Source: Octopus vulgaris (lineage: Eukaryota). Taken from it: a stretch of 64,000 nucleotides of DNA. The translations under genes and the position numbers were made by a program. Within the stretch, counting starts at the first letter, position 1. The number at the start of each line of letters is the position of its first letter. Below the pieces are notes generated by a model. It was not told the origin of the DNA. It did no database searches and worked only from the letters and a program-made list of their open reading frames with translations. The DNA lies in the NCBI GenBank assembly GCA_951406725.2, contig OX597822.1:7936001-8000000 (forward strand), in the 5' to 3' direction. Below are positions 12,782 through 24,217 of this stretch, one piece after another.

Positions 12782-14139
12782 TTTATTTAAAGCAGCAGAA
12801 AATTCAACAAAATCTGTTACTCTGAGTTTCTCGTTGCCGTTCATCAGAGAGTTTTTGCTAGAATGGAACCGATACATCAATTCAATCCAGACTCTTACAA
12901 ACGCTATATCTTTTTAAAAAATGGACTTGTTTGATTGGCCCTTTAGAAATAACGGTCAATCTTCGAGCGATAAACAAAATGAGCTCAAAAATATATGTAT
13001 ATATATATAAAAAAAATTATAAAAATTATAAAATTCGAGGAAAAAACCTTACATTGAATAAAATACATATTGACGTTAATGAAGAAAATATAATTAATGC
13101 ATAGAAATTAAAACGCATTATAAATATTACACTGCAATACATATTTATATTAAAGTATACATATATATATCAACATACACAGAGGGATGCGTGCAAACGC
13201 CATACATATACAGACGTATAAATATAAATTTAAAATATACACACAAATGCATGCATACATATATGTACGCAATCTATCTCGCACGCAAGTTAAAATCATC
13301 GATGTAGCGTTTCTCATTTACGTAGTAAAGCTTAAGTAAGGGGGACGTAAAGTTGTACCAGTATCAGTTAGAGGGAAAAAAACGAAAGAAAGTAAGAGAG
13401 AGAAAAAGGAACGAAGAAGGGGGAAGGAAAAAAAGAAAAAGAAGGAGTGGGGAAAAAACGAAATAAGAGTAATTATGTATACAAGCTGTGTAACCGCGTT
13501 ATTGACATATATGGAGACAAGTATACAAATACACAAGTTCGAATGGATACATACACACACAGCCGTGTATGTGTGTGCTTAAGCACAAACATACGCTCAC
13601 TTATACATACACAGAGACGCATACTTACAAACACATATTCATGGCTATACACATATTTATATCAAAATTCTAAGTTTTGACAACATTGCTTTTTAAAAAA
13701 GGTGAGTGCAATAATGAAAAATATACGAAAGACATAAAATATAACACTCTATTTTGGATCATCTATAAATTAAAAATCAAGGTAATCCTATACAATACAA
13801 TAACATGAAATAAACAAAGCCGAAGGTTTTTGCTAATGTATATGTAGAAATATAAGACTTTGCTATACGGAATGAAATCTGCATAGCGCGAAACAAATCC
13901 ATCGTCGCGTTTACATACTAGTTCAAGAGTCAAAATCAAAATTTGAAAAATCAAAAATACAAAATATATACTCTATCCATATGGTATATTTATATTTGAC
14001 ATTTTAAATTTGGTTGCGTGTCTACATAAGTTCATTAGCTCATTTCTTTGATTCAAAGAATTATTGTCTTTGAATAAAATATTCAGTTTTTCTAATAGGC
14101 AAAGCTTTAATTTAAAATTATTTCTGTGTGCTCCATGCC
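12781..14139 (-). repeat. PLE direct repeat, downstream copy (EN C-terminus + pseudo-LTR)
   Basis: ctttatttaaagcagcagaaaattc...tgtgtgctccatgc is repeated at 16246-17614. Confidence 0.93.
12814..12851 (-). ncRNA. Minimal type-I hammerhead ribozyme motif in pseudo-LTR
   Basis: CTCT-CTGATGA-ACGGCAACGA-GAAA-CTCAGAG-TA-ACAG; one stem-I mismatch relative to the 16279 copy. Confidence 0.65.
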
Positions 14140-16107
14140 TGTATGGTGCCGCTCTGTCCAGAATACTCCATGTCACGTTGAAAGGTGGGGTTTCTTTTTC
14201 TTTTAGTTCCCAGACATATTTTGCTAGGCTGGTCCTCTTCCTATTCTCTGGGTATTTAAATGAATTTTTATGTGAATAAAATTGTGTTTTAAATGAATTT
14301 TCTGAAGCCCCTGTGTATGTCTTGTATTCCGATGAGCCTTCTATTTGCACCTTTGCTCTATAAACTACTCCTTTCACTAGACATTCCCCTTCTAACGGAC
14401 AGGAGTTTTCGTTTTTGAAATTGCATTTCTTAATGGGCTCGGCACCATGTCTAATCTCAATCAGATTCCTATTATGCTGGCTAATGTAAGAGGCGAAATT
14501 TCTGCAACAAGAATAGCTAACCTTCAGGGTTCTTCTATTAAATATCCTATAGAATTTATACCCTGCTTAAAATGCTTAGAGACTAATCTCAAAAATTCCT
14601 TACCTATATTAGTCTTTACGGCCAAATTGAAAGCCGGGTTGAACCACAAAACTTTCCTGGTCCTAGTTCTTCGTGCAGCATTATTATCAGCATTAAGCTA
14701 GCTGTAATGGATCTTCTCAGAGAATCCACTATTCTTTAATGCGCTATCGTAATAAGGTGCAGCATTATGGAAAGCTGCCTCGTCCGAAGAAATTGAAGAT
14801 ATTCTTCTACCTACATTGCTGACTAAGTTCCTAAGGATAACTGGTGGATGGTTCGAATCTTTGCTAATATACGATAGCTTTTCATTGGGCTTACGGAAAA
14901 GTTTAAATCTATCCGACCTTACATTAAAATTTACGTCTAAAAAATCTACACTATTCAGGTTAGCATCTATTGTAACCCGTAAGCCCATCCTTTGAAAGAA
15001 AGCAATAAGGTCCTTCCTAAGTCTATCTGATTCATGGCTGTTTAGATTATGCGTGGCTATAAGGCCGTCATCCCTATATAAACCTGCATCTATAAATGGG
15101 AATTATATTTTTAGATTATGGAGAATAAAGGCTCCTATGAGCATATATAACTCAGCTTCGTCGTATGTCCCCATCGGTACATCGAAAAGAGAATCCTCAG
15201 TCTCCTTAATCCAGGTGGAATCCTCGAAAAAAAGAAGCGATTTCCTCGCATGCATAATAATATCAATTTCCGAGCTACCGATGCTGACATACTGCTTGGC
15301 GAAGTCCAATGCCCTTAGGAGCAACGTCCTAGATATTGACGGGTAAAAGTCAATAATGTCGAATTGTGTGAAACTACAATTATTCTTATAGCTAATACAT
15401 TTAAACCACTCTATGACTGACTTACTATTCTTCCAAATTCTCAAGTCTACTTCACTATCTAACTTAGCTAAAATATGGTCCAAAATATGTTTGCTAATGA
15501 TTCCTATCTCAGTTTTAGCCGGATTTATCAATCTACATTTGGGGTTTCTATTAAAATTGGCTTTATGCTCTTTCAAGGTAATAAAAGCTGGTCGTGGTGA
15601 AAGATATTCAATCCTATCGCTAATCTTAAGATCGTTAGCTATTCCTCTTGCTTCTAGGTTCACCTCTTTGTATATATTCGTGTTATCTTTTTTGTGTGAA
15701 TCTGTGACACTATTCGAAATCAGGCGCTTATAAACGTCCTTATCAAGTGCATATAAGTTCCTTGTCTTATCAGAATTAATGAAGATCTTATTCGAGTTGT
15801 TAATCTCCTTAATTTTTTCTCTCATATTTCTCTGTAATTGGTTGGTATATTTGCGGAATTTAATTTTCCTAATAAGCTCGAAAAGGTCTTTCTCGCAGGC
15901 TTCTAATTCCGGAATAGGTGGCGGGTTTCTGGGAGATTTAAATCCATATTTGTTTCCGTCTATTTTCTGTTTAGTATCAAAGAAGAAGGCTTTCCATCTC
16001 AATCTTCGAATAAACGCTTCCGTTTTCTCTATAAGACCTTTGAGATATTGCTTCCGTGCAGGGATAGGTATATTTTTCTGAGAAAAATCCAGCGGGTAAA
16101 GTTCCAT
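13973..16107 (-). pseudogene. PLE reverse transcriptase / GIY-YIG endonuclease ORF, few lesions
   Basis: KNIPIP..RWKAFF, FDIIDFYPSI, PMGTYDEAE, AGLYRDDGL, DFLDVNF, SNHPP, WFNPAF, CNFKNENSCPLEGEC, VVYRA..YTGASE, LCLLEK, LCRHATKF. Frameshifts near 15103 and 14560; TAG at 14698-14700. Confidence 0.93.
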
Positions 16108-16245
16108 CTTTTTCAACTGTTTGTTCTTCCTACTTGTGCAGAGTCGCTGAAACTTTTATAAGGAGCGGGTTACACCGGTGTAAACACATAAATGTGAAAC
16201 AAGGTGGAAAAAAGAGTACTCAAATACCAGTGGTAGAGTAATATG

Positions 16246-17614
16246 CTTTATTTAAAGCAGCAGAAAATTCAACAAAATCTGTTACTCTGAGTTTCTCGTT
16301 ACCGTTCATCAGACAGTTTTTGCTAGAATGGAACCGATATATCAATTCAATCCAGGCTCTTACAAACGCTATACCTTTAAAAAAAAACAAATGGACTTGT
16401 TTGATTGGCCCTTTAGAAATAACGGTCAATCTTCGAGCGATAAAAAAAAATGAGCTCAAAATATATATATGTATATATATATATTAAAAAAATTATAAAA
16501 ATTATAAAATTCGAGGAAAAAACCTTACATTGAATAAAATACATATTGACGTTAATGAAGAAAATATAATTAATGCATAGAAATTAAAACGCATTATAAA
16601 TATTACACTGCAATACATATTCATATTAAAGTATACATATATATATCAACATACACAGAGGGATGCGTGCACACGCCATACATATACAGAGGTATAAATA
16701 TAAATCTAAAATATACACACAAATGCATGCATACATATATGTACGCAATCTATCTCGCACGCAAGTTAAAATCATCGATGTAGCGTTTCTCATTTACGTA
16801 GTAAAGCTTAAGTAAGGGGGACGTAAAGTTGTATCAGTATTAGTTAGAGAAAAAAAAACGAAAGAAAGTAAGAGAGAGAAAAGGGAACGAAGAAGGGGGA
16901 AGCAAAAAAGAAAAAGGAGGGGTGGGGAAAAAAACCAAATAAGAAAAATTATGTATACAAGCTGTGTAACCGCGTTATTGACATATATGGAGACAAGTAT
17001 ACAAATACACAAGTTCGAATGGATACATACACATACAGTCATGTATGTGTGTGCTTAAGCACAAACACACGATCACTTACACATACACAGAGACGCATGC
17101 TTACAAATACATATCCATGGCTATACACATTTATATCAAAATTCTAATTTTTGACAACATTGCTTTTAAAAAAAGGTGAGTGCAATAATGAAAAATATAC
17201 GAAAGACATATAAAATATAACACTCTATTTTGGATCATCTATAAATTAAAAATCAAGGTAATCCTATACAATACAATAACATGAAATAAACAAAGCCGAA
17301 GGTTTTTGCTAATGTATATGTAGAAATATGAGACTTTGCTATACGGAATGAAATCTGCATAGCGCGAAACAAATCCATTGTCGCGTTTACATACTAGTTC
17401 AAGTGTAAAAATCAAAATTTGAAAAATCAAAAATACAAAATATATACTCTATCCATATGGTATATTTATATTTGACATTTTAAATTTGGTTGCGTGTCTA
17501 CATAAGTTCATTAGCTCACTTCTTTGATTCAAAGAATTATTGTCTTTGAATAAAATATACAGTTTTTCTAATCGGCAAAGCTTTCATTTAAAATTATTTA
17601 TGTGTGCTCCATGC
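16246..17614 (-). repeat. PLE direct repeat, upstream copy (5'-truncated tandem unit)
   Basis: Near-identical to 12781-14139. Confidence 0.93.
16279..16316 (-). ncRNA. Minimal type-I hammerhead ribozyme motif in pseudo-LTR
   Basis: CTGT-CTGATGA-ACGGTAACGA-GAAA-CTC-A-GAG-TA-ACAG: stem I CTGT/ACAG, near-palindromic stem III, GUA cleavage triplet. Confidence 0.72.
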
Positions 17615-17639
17615 AATAAATCAATAACATATACTAACA

Positions 17640-18070
17640 CTTTAAATCTAATTCACCGTGGCAGTAATTTCAGAAACAGGCCGCAAACTCCAGTTGAAAA
17701 TACATGTTTCTCGAAAAAGATTGTCTACAAAGCCGAAGTTCGCAACAAAGAATGTACGTCAAAAGATCGAATATCCGGTTCAAATAAACATTTTCAATGT
17801 CTGATTCTGGCATCATCTTTGTACAGTCCAAACAGGTGCATGAGAAATACCACATCACTGTCAATGTATATCAGACAACTGAAAAATACTGTTGTCAGCA
17901 ACATTGTCATAAAGTGGAGCATTAGAATCAAATTGAGAGCATATAACGAAGGGGTATAATATGCAACTGTGTGTGAACGAACCACGGAACATTCTGAATG
18001 CATAAGAGGCAAAATTTTTATCTTTGTCTGCCCACAAGTACCTAAGCCTGTTTCTCACCCAGACTATTTC
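17640..18070 (+). pseudogene. Old PLE GIY-YIG remnant, opposite orientation
   Basis: NFRNRPQTPVENTCFSKKIVYKAEV..TTSLSMYIRQLKN..IKWSI..AYNEG parallels the EN domain at 13973-14430. Confidence 0.7.
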
Positions 18071-18439
18071 CACCTACAACCGTTATAGTAGCAACACTAT
18101 GCCTGTAATCATAGTTAATGGAGCTCCCTGAACAGGCAGTCCATCATCAGTTTCCTAGCCATCATAATAATCAGCGTCACTCGTCCACCACCATTATTAC
18201 TACCACTATCATCAACACCACTGCTAAATGCATCGCCATTAGCGACATGATTATCAACTAAAATATCCACTATTGAAACCATTATAGGCACATCACATAC
18301 TTTATGAAACATGGTCTGTTTTATGATCCATTTCGTGCATATGCCGAATATCGATGACTACCACCCGAATCTTATTCACTGCTTGCTGTATTTATGATAT
18401 ATGTATGTAATTCTCGCAATCCTTTTTCCTTTTCCTTGG

Positions 18440-18822
18440 GACTGTTAAGAAGTTTTCTACCCAACCACATGGTTAGGGATACAGTCCCATTGCGTGTCAT
18501 CTTGGGCAATTATCTTCAATTAGAACGTCGGGCTCACCAAAAGTTTGTGAGTAGATTGGGTTGACGAAATCTGAAACACGTTCGTCGTATATGCCTATAT
18601 GTGTATGTGTCTTTGTGTCTGAAGATGCCACCCACCAGCTTGAGAAACGGTGTTCTTGTGTTTGCTTCTATTAGTCTAACGGTTCGGCCCGACGACCGAT
18701 AGAATAAATACATGGCTTTAATAAAAAATACTAAGGTCGATTCATTCGACTAAAAATTTTTCAAGGCGGTTTCCAAACATGGCATCAGTCTAATAATTGA
18801 AACAAATAAAATATAAAAGATA
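18440..18822 (+). mobile_element. SINE family B, diverged
   Basis: ccaaccacatggtt..gtcatcttgggcaa..gatagaataa..tgaaacaaataaaa. Confidence 0.75.
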
Positions 18823-19837
18823 GAGATACTGTTACAATTATTGGTCACTGCTTCGGGGAAAATACTAAGCGGCATTTCTTCCAGTGCCACCGGGGTCAAC
18901 TTTACATTTCATCCTTTCTACGGCAAGAAAATAAGTACCAGTTGAATATTGGGGTATAGCTAATCGACGAAATTCTTTCCCTCGAGATTGTTGGCCTTGC
19001 CTTCAATATTAACAGTTACCATTGATATTGCAGACTTTACAACAATAGTGAAAATAATTATTATCCTACATCTATTTTTCGTTCATGTCTTTCTTCTCCA
19101 CCAACATCAACCACATCAGAGTTTAATAAATTATTTATTCATTTATCCTGTCCTATTCTGTTTTCATTTCTAATTTATCGCTTTGTTTCGGGTTTTCCTC
19201 TTTCAACTGCAATATTTCTAAGGTTTTTTTTTTTACATTTCTTATAAATTTTTATAATTTCCATAGTGTTAAATTATCTTTAATTTTAATGCCCACAATA
19301 CTTTTCAAAATAATTTTCTTTAATTTACAATATTACAAATTTTGTTTCTATTATTTATATGTTAATATTTTAATACCAATGCCAATATTCTTAATTCTCT
19401 ACGTTTTATTTTCTTCTTCCAGCTTTTTTATATTTCCTTTGTACTGTTTCAATTGATTTTATCTCTACTGTCCATTTCTCGTTATCACAATGATTAGTAT
19501 AGACCACTTCTGACGTATCCTTGAATTACTGACCAATCCCCTATATCAAAACTCTGTTCATAGGATGGTTTTATCATTCTATTCACTTTAATTTTCATTT
19601 TATTTATATTTATTTTCTATTCTTATGGAATGCAAACCCATCAATATAATTTCCTACACATCGGCTCCCAGACCATTCGACAAATTATATGCTAATTTTA
19701 CATAATGTTACTTGTCATGTTTTCCATTTGTTTCTTTCGTTGTTTGCGTATTTCTTGTTGTTTGCTGTTGGTGGTGCCCTGTACCCATACTTGCATATGC
19801 ATGTATGTATGTATGTATGTATATATGTATGTATGTA

Positions 19838-19886
<49 letters not shown>

Positions 19887-19889
<3 letters not shown>

Positions 19890-20428
19890 ATGTTACAATT
19901 ATTCAATAGTCAAGATAAAATTCTGAGTATCAGATGCCGAAGCGGAAATCCACAACACCATCTCTTCGGATATCTGGCCATCTGAAAAACGCTATGAAAA
20001 AAGACCGTTATACAAAGGGAAATTACTGTGTTATAGTTCCGCTACTTATATAAATTAAGATTAAAAGTTCATAGTAAAAATGTAAGCATGGCTACTCATA
20101 CGCTCACATGTGCGCTCGCGGACCCATGTGAGCGTATGAGTAGCCATGTTTACGTTTTTACTATGAACCTTTAATCTTAATTTATATAAGTAGCGGAACT
20201 ATAACACAGTAATTTCTCTTTGTATAACGGTCTTTTTTCATAGCGTTTTTCAGATGGCCAGATAGCCGGAGAGATGGTCTTGTGGATTCCCACTTCGGCT
20301 TCTGAAACTCAGAGTTTTTTTGTTGACTATTGAATAATTGTAACATATTATTTTATAGATAAATTTCCTTTATCTATATAATATTGAGGTCTCTTTCTTT
20401 CTTTTGTTATCTTACCGTTTTTACCAAT
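19887..20428. repeat. Long fold-back palindrome of a PLE pseudo-LTR (~224-bp arms, 14-nt loop)
   Basis: Arms 19887-20110 and 20125-20349; the right arm continues to 20428. Same family as 54325-54560 and 63520-63690. Each arm carries an HHR-like motif (19913-19975 minus, 20260-20320 plus). Confidence 0.9.
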
Positions 20429-20440
20429 ATATATATATAT

Positions 20441-20824
20441 ATTAATTGATGACATCAATTTTAACACCCGTGGTCTAGAGTATAAAAAAAAAACGAGGTT
20501 CAGTAATAGTATTGCATATATAAATATAAGAAGGAATTTTACCACTATGCGGAAACACTTATGCTAGAAGAAGATCCGCTATGGTCTTAACCACTAAGAA
20601 TTGTTCTCTATAAAATTTAGCAAACACCAGCAACGTAAGCGTGCAAGACAAATGAAAAGCATGATTTTCATTTGTCTAAGACCATACTGGATCTTCTTCT
20701 AGCATAAGGGTTTCCACATAGTGGTAAAATTCCCTCATATATTTATATATGTAATACTATAACTGAACCTCGGTTTTTTTATATGCTAGACCACTGGTGT
20801 TAAAACTGATGTTATCAAATTAAT
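20441..20824. repeat. Second fold-back element (~148-bp arms) with internal hairpin
   Basis: attaattgatgacatc..atggtctta (20441-20588) vs taagaccat..gttatcaaattaat (20677-20824). The spacer contains agacaaatgaaaagcatgattttcatttgtct. Confidence 0.85.
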
Positions 20825-21559
20825 ATCCAATTTTTCACCCTCATCTTAATTTTAAATATATATATATATATATATACATATGTGTATATGTGTGTCTGTG
20901 TGTTTTAATCTGAGTGTCTGAATGTTATGTTTATCTATATGAGTATGTCTTGTATTTGCCGTTTCAAATACGGAATTTCTGTGTCCTATGATATATTTCA
21001 TTTCCCACGCACATTTCTCATGTACCTTTCCGTCGTAAAAAAGTTTCTAAGTATATAACCATTTAAATATCTCAATTCCATCAGCATAATGTGTTTACTG
21101 CTATCAACAACGATCTTCATTTACATCTGGACATACGCTACTCCATGAACTCAAGTTTAATTTAGCAACTATGAATGAGAATTCTGTTTTTGAAAGAGTT
21201 ACCTCATCGGTCTTAGTTACTAGACATAATCGAGGTTTTGTTAATGTAATCATTCTGGCGAAATGACCAATGTTACCATTGAAATTTTCATGACAATAGA
21301 CTGAAAATAGTTTATAGAGATGCAAATACTATTCTAAATTTTATTGCTTCCTAAATATTGGTTTTCCTTGTGGTTGCTAATAGTGTGATACATATATTGT
21401 AATTGTGAAATTCCAACTAGAATCATACTTTATTTACTTTATTCAATTTATTTCTAGTTGTTCATATTCCAGTCTTTCATGGACAATGAAAATTTCATAG
21501 ATATGGCATAGAACAATTTATTTTGCCATCGCTGTGAACTGCATACAACAATGATTTAC

Positions 21560-22030
21560 CTGCATAAGAGCAAGTTACTCTATGAAGGAGTTCCTAATTT
21601 ATATACCGAAAGTGTTTAACACTATAAATACCAGCGGCCTGTCAACGGGGAAATTAGTACACATAGTGTCATATAATAAATATGTAATATATGGTATAAT
21701 TACTAACATATGGTATAATTTTGAACAGAGCATATTTTAGCCATTTCTCTGCAGATTCAAGAACAAAATGACGAAAACCTTAATTGGTTTTCGAACTTTA
21801 TTGGTTTCTCATCAGAGGCGTCCACACCATTCTGACAGTTTGCTTGCAAACAATCAGCCAAACTGCTTATATACTCAACAAATGCAGCAATTACTCTATG
21901 AAAGAGTCCCTATATTTGCATACCAGAAGTGTTTAACACTCTATAAATAACAGCAGTCGGCCAACGGAGATCTTAGGTCACACAGTATCATGGTATGATA
22001 TAATAAATATGTGACAAATGGATGCAATAA
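21560..22030 (+). repeat. Diverged direct duplication (~160-bp unit, ~320-bp spacing)
   Basis: ttactctatgaa..agtgtttaacact..ataaata.cagc..caacgg..tataataaatatgt occurs at ~21575 and ~21891. Confidence 0.7.
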
Positions 22031-22041
22031 CACGAATATAG

Positions 22042-22178
22042 GGGTAGGCATGGGTATGTGCTAACAGGTTTGCTTCCCAACCACATGGTTCCATGGTTCC
22101 GGTTCCAGGTTCACTTCCTGGCAACTTGGACAAGTTTCTCCCACTATAGCCTCAAGCCGACCAAACCCGTGTAAGTAG

Positions 22179-22229
<51 letters not shown>

Positions 22230-22475
22230 ATGTATGTATGTATGTATGTATGTATGTATGCATATGTTTGTGTGTCTATGTTTGTGTCCTCACCATCACT
22301 TGACAACCGATGCTGATGTGCTTACATCCCTGTAACTTAGCGGTCTCTTTTGGAACTGATAGAATAAGTACTAGGCTTACAAAGAATAAGTCCTGGCATC
22401 GTTTTCCTCGACTAAAGGCGGTGGTCTAGCATGCCCGCAGTCAAATGACTGAAATAACTAAACGAATAAAAGAAT
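22042..22475 (+). mobile_element. SINE family B
   Basis: ttgcttcccaaccacatggttcc..cttgacaaccgatgctg..gcagtcaaatgactgaaa. Confidence 0.85.
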
Positions 22476-23109
22476 ATATATATATTTACTTTCACATCTT
22501 ATACTTTTTATGCGATTATATCGTTCAAAGAATCTTTAAAACTATTTCTCTTCTAGATATAACATTATAGATAGAGGTGTTATATTCCAGTATATTTTAA
22601 GATGTACTTATTGAATTGTGTTTGTAAGTATAAATATTAAATGTTCATTATTTTAATATATTATTGCAATCAACATATGTGATTTAGTTTTAGAAGACTT
22701 TACATAAAAAATATTTACGTTACTCATGTATCATCTTTTTCCAAGAGACTGACATTTTTTACACATGTTTTCATTATCCAGCTGTGCTCCTAAAATAAAT
22801 ATTTGTTTAACCATAATGAGCTTTCCGGGCAAATTTCCACGTTTTTCCTTTAATTTACTTTAATTTAACTTTAGCCACCTTAGTCGGTATTAGTGATATC
22901 TGATTATCATAATGAATAACATATAACACAATGATTTGACTTCCTAAATTTAACTCAATGCGCAACTCCACGATCTCGTTATGCATGATTATATAATGAG
23001 AGAACAAAATTATCATATTTAACAGACTTTTAAATATATTTATCTAGCATTATTTTAAAGTTCTTACCACGAATCATTAACATACTACGATCTCACAAAT
23101 AGAGAGAAG

Positions 23110-23495
23110 AAAGCAATCCGTCGGTAACGACGATGAGGGTTCCGGTTGATCCGAATCAACGGAACAGCCTGCTCGTGAAATTAATGTGTAAGTGGCTGAG
23201 CACTCCACAGGACGTGTACCCTTAACGTAGTTCTCGGGGATATTCAGCGTGACACAGAGAGTGACAAGGCCGGCCCCTTGAAATACAGGTACAACAGAAA
23301 CAGGAAGTAAGAGTGAGAGAAAGTTGTGGCGAAAGAGTACAGCAGGGATCACCACCATCCCCTGCCGGAGCCTCGTGGAGCTTTTTTAGGTGTTTTCGCT
23401 CAATAAGCACTCACAACGCCCGGTCTGGGAATCGAAACCGCGATCCTATGACCGCGAGTCCGCTGCCCTAACCACTGGGCCATTGCACCTCCACC
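23110..23495 (-). mobile_element. SINE family A, full length with TSD
   Basis: TSD cgatctcacaaata at 23088-23101 and 23496-23509. Confidence 0.92.
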
Positions 23496-23651
23496 GATCT
23501 CACAAATAAACACTGAAACAATACTAGAGTTTTCTCGATCTTCGTCAAATCTGTATTATTATTATTAAGAAAACCACGAAACAGAAGTAAAATGACATTC
23601 TACTAACTGTAAACATTTTCTCGTTATACACATTTCATGAATAATCTTTTC

Positions 23652-24217
23652 TACGCTAGGCACAAGGCCCGAAATGTGGGTGCGGCAGTCGATTAGATCG
23701 ACCCCAGTACGCAAATGGTATTTAATTTATCGACCCTGATAAGAATGAAAGGTGAAGTCGGTCTCGGTGTAATTTGAACTCAGAATATAATACCGACGAA
23801 ATACCACTAAGCATTTTCGAAATACCTATGTCTTTACTACCCAAAAGGGGCTAAACACAGAGGGAACAAACAAGGACAGACAAACGGACTAAGTTGATTA
23901 TATCGACCCTAGTGCGTAACTGGTACTTATTCAATCGACTCCGAAAGGATGAAAGGCAAAGTCGACCTCGGTGGAATTTGAACTTAGAACGTAGCGGCAG
24001 ACAAAATACCTCTTTCTTTATTACACACAAGGGGCTAAACATAGAGGGGACAAACAAGGACAGACATAGGTATTAAGTCGATATCATCGATCCCAGTGCG
24101 TAACTGGTACTTAATTTATTGACCCCGAAAGGATGAAAGGCAAAGTCGACCTCGGCAGAAACGAACTCACAGAAACGTTAGCCCGGCCTGCTAACGTTTC
24201 TGCCAGCTCGCCGCCTT
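23652..24217 (-). mobile_element. SINE family C, three head-to-tail units
   Basis: Repeats of gcctttcatcctttcggggtcgataaattaagtaccagttacgcactggg (minus strand; resembles the Meta-type SINE core). Head GGCGGCGAGCTGGCAGAAACGTTAGC at 24217. Confidence 0.82.

Larger units (their letters stand above)
12781..17614 (-). mobile_element. Penelope-like retroelement (C-terminal EN, Nematis-like), partial tandem with pseudo-LTRs
   Basis: RT+GIY-YIG ORF between two highly similar direct repeats, 12781-14139 and 16246-17614. The 3' end abuts a (TA)n tract. Confidence 0.93.

Noticed and set aside
12781-17614. LTR retrotransposon suggested by the long direct repeats
   Set aside because: No TG..CA termini, PBS, gag or integrase; the repeat includes the EN C-terminus, which is the PLE partial-tandem structure.
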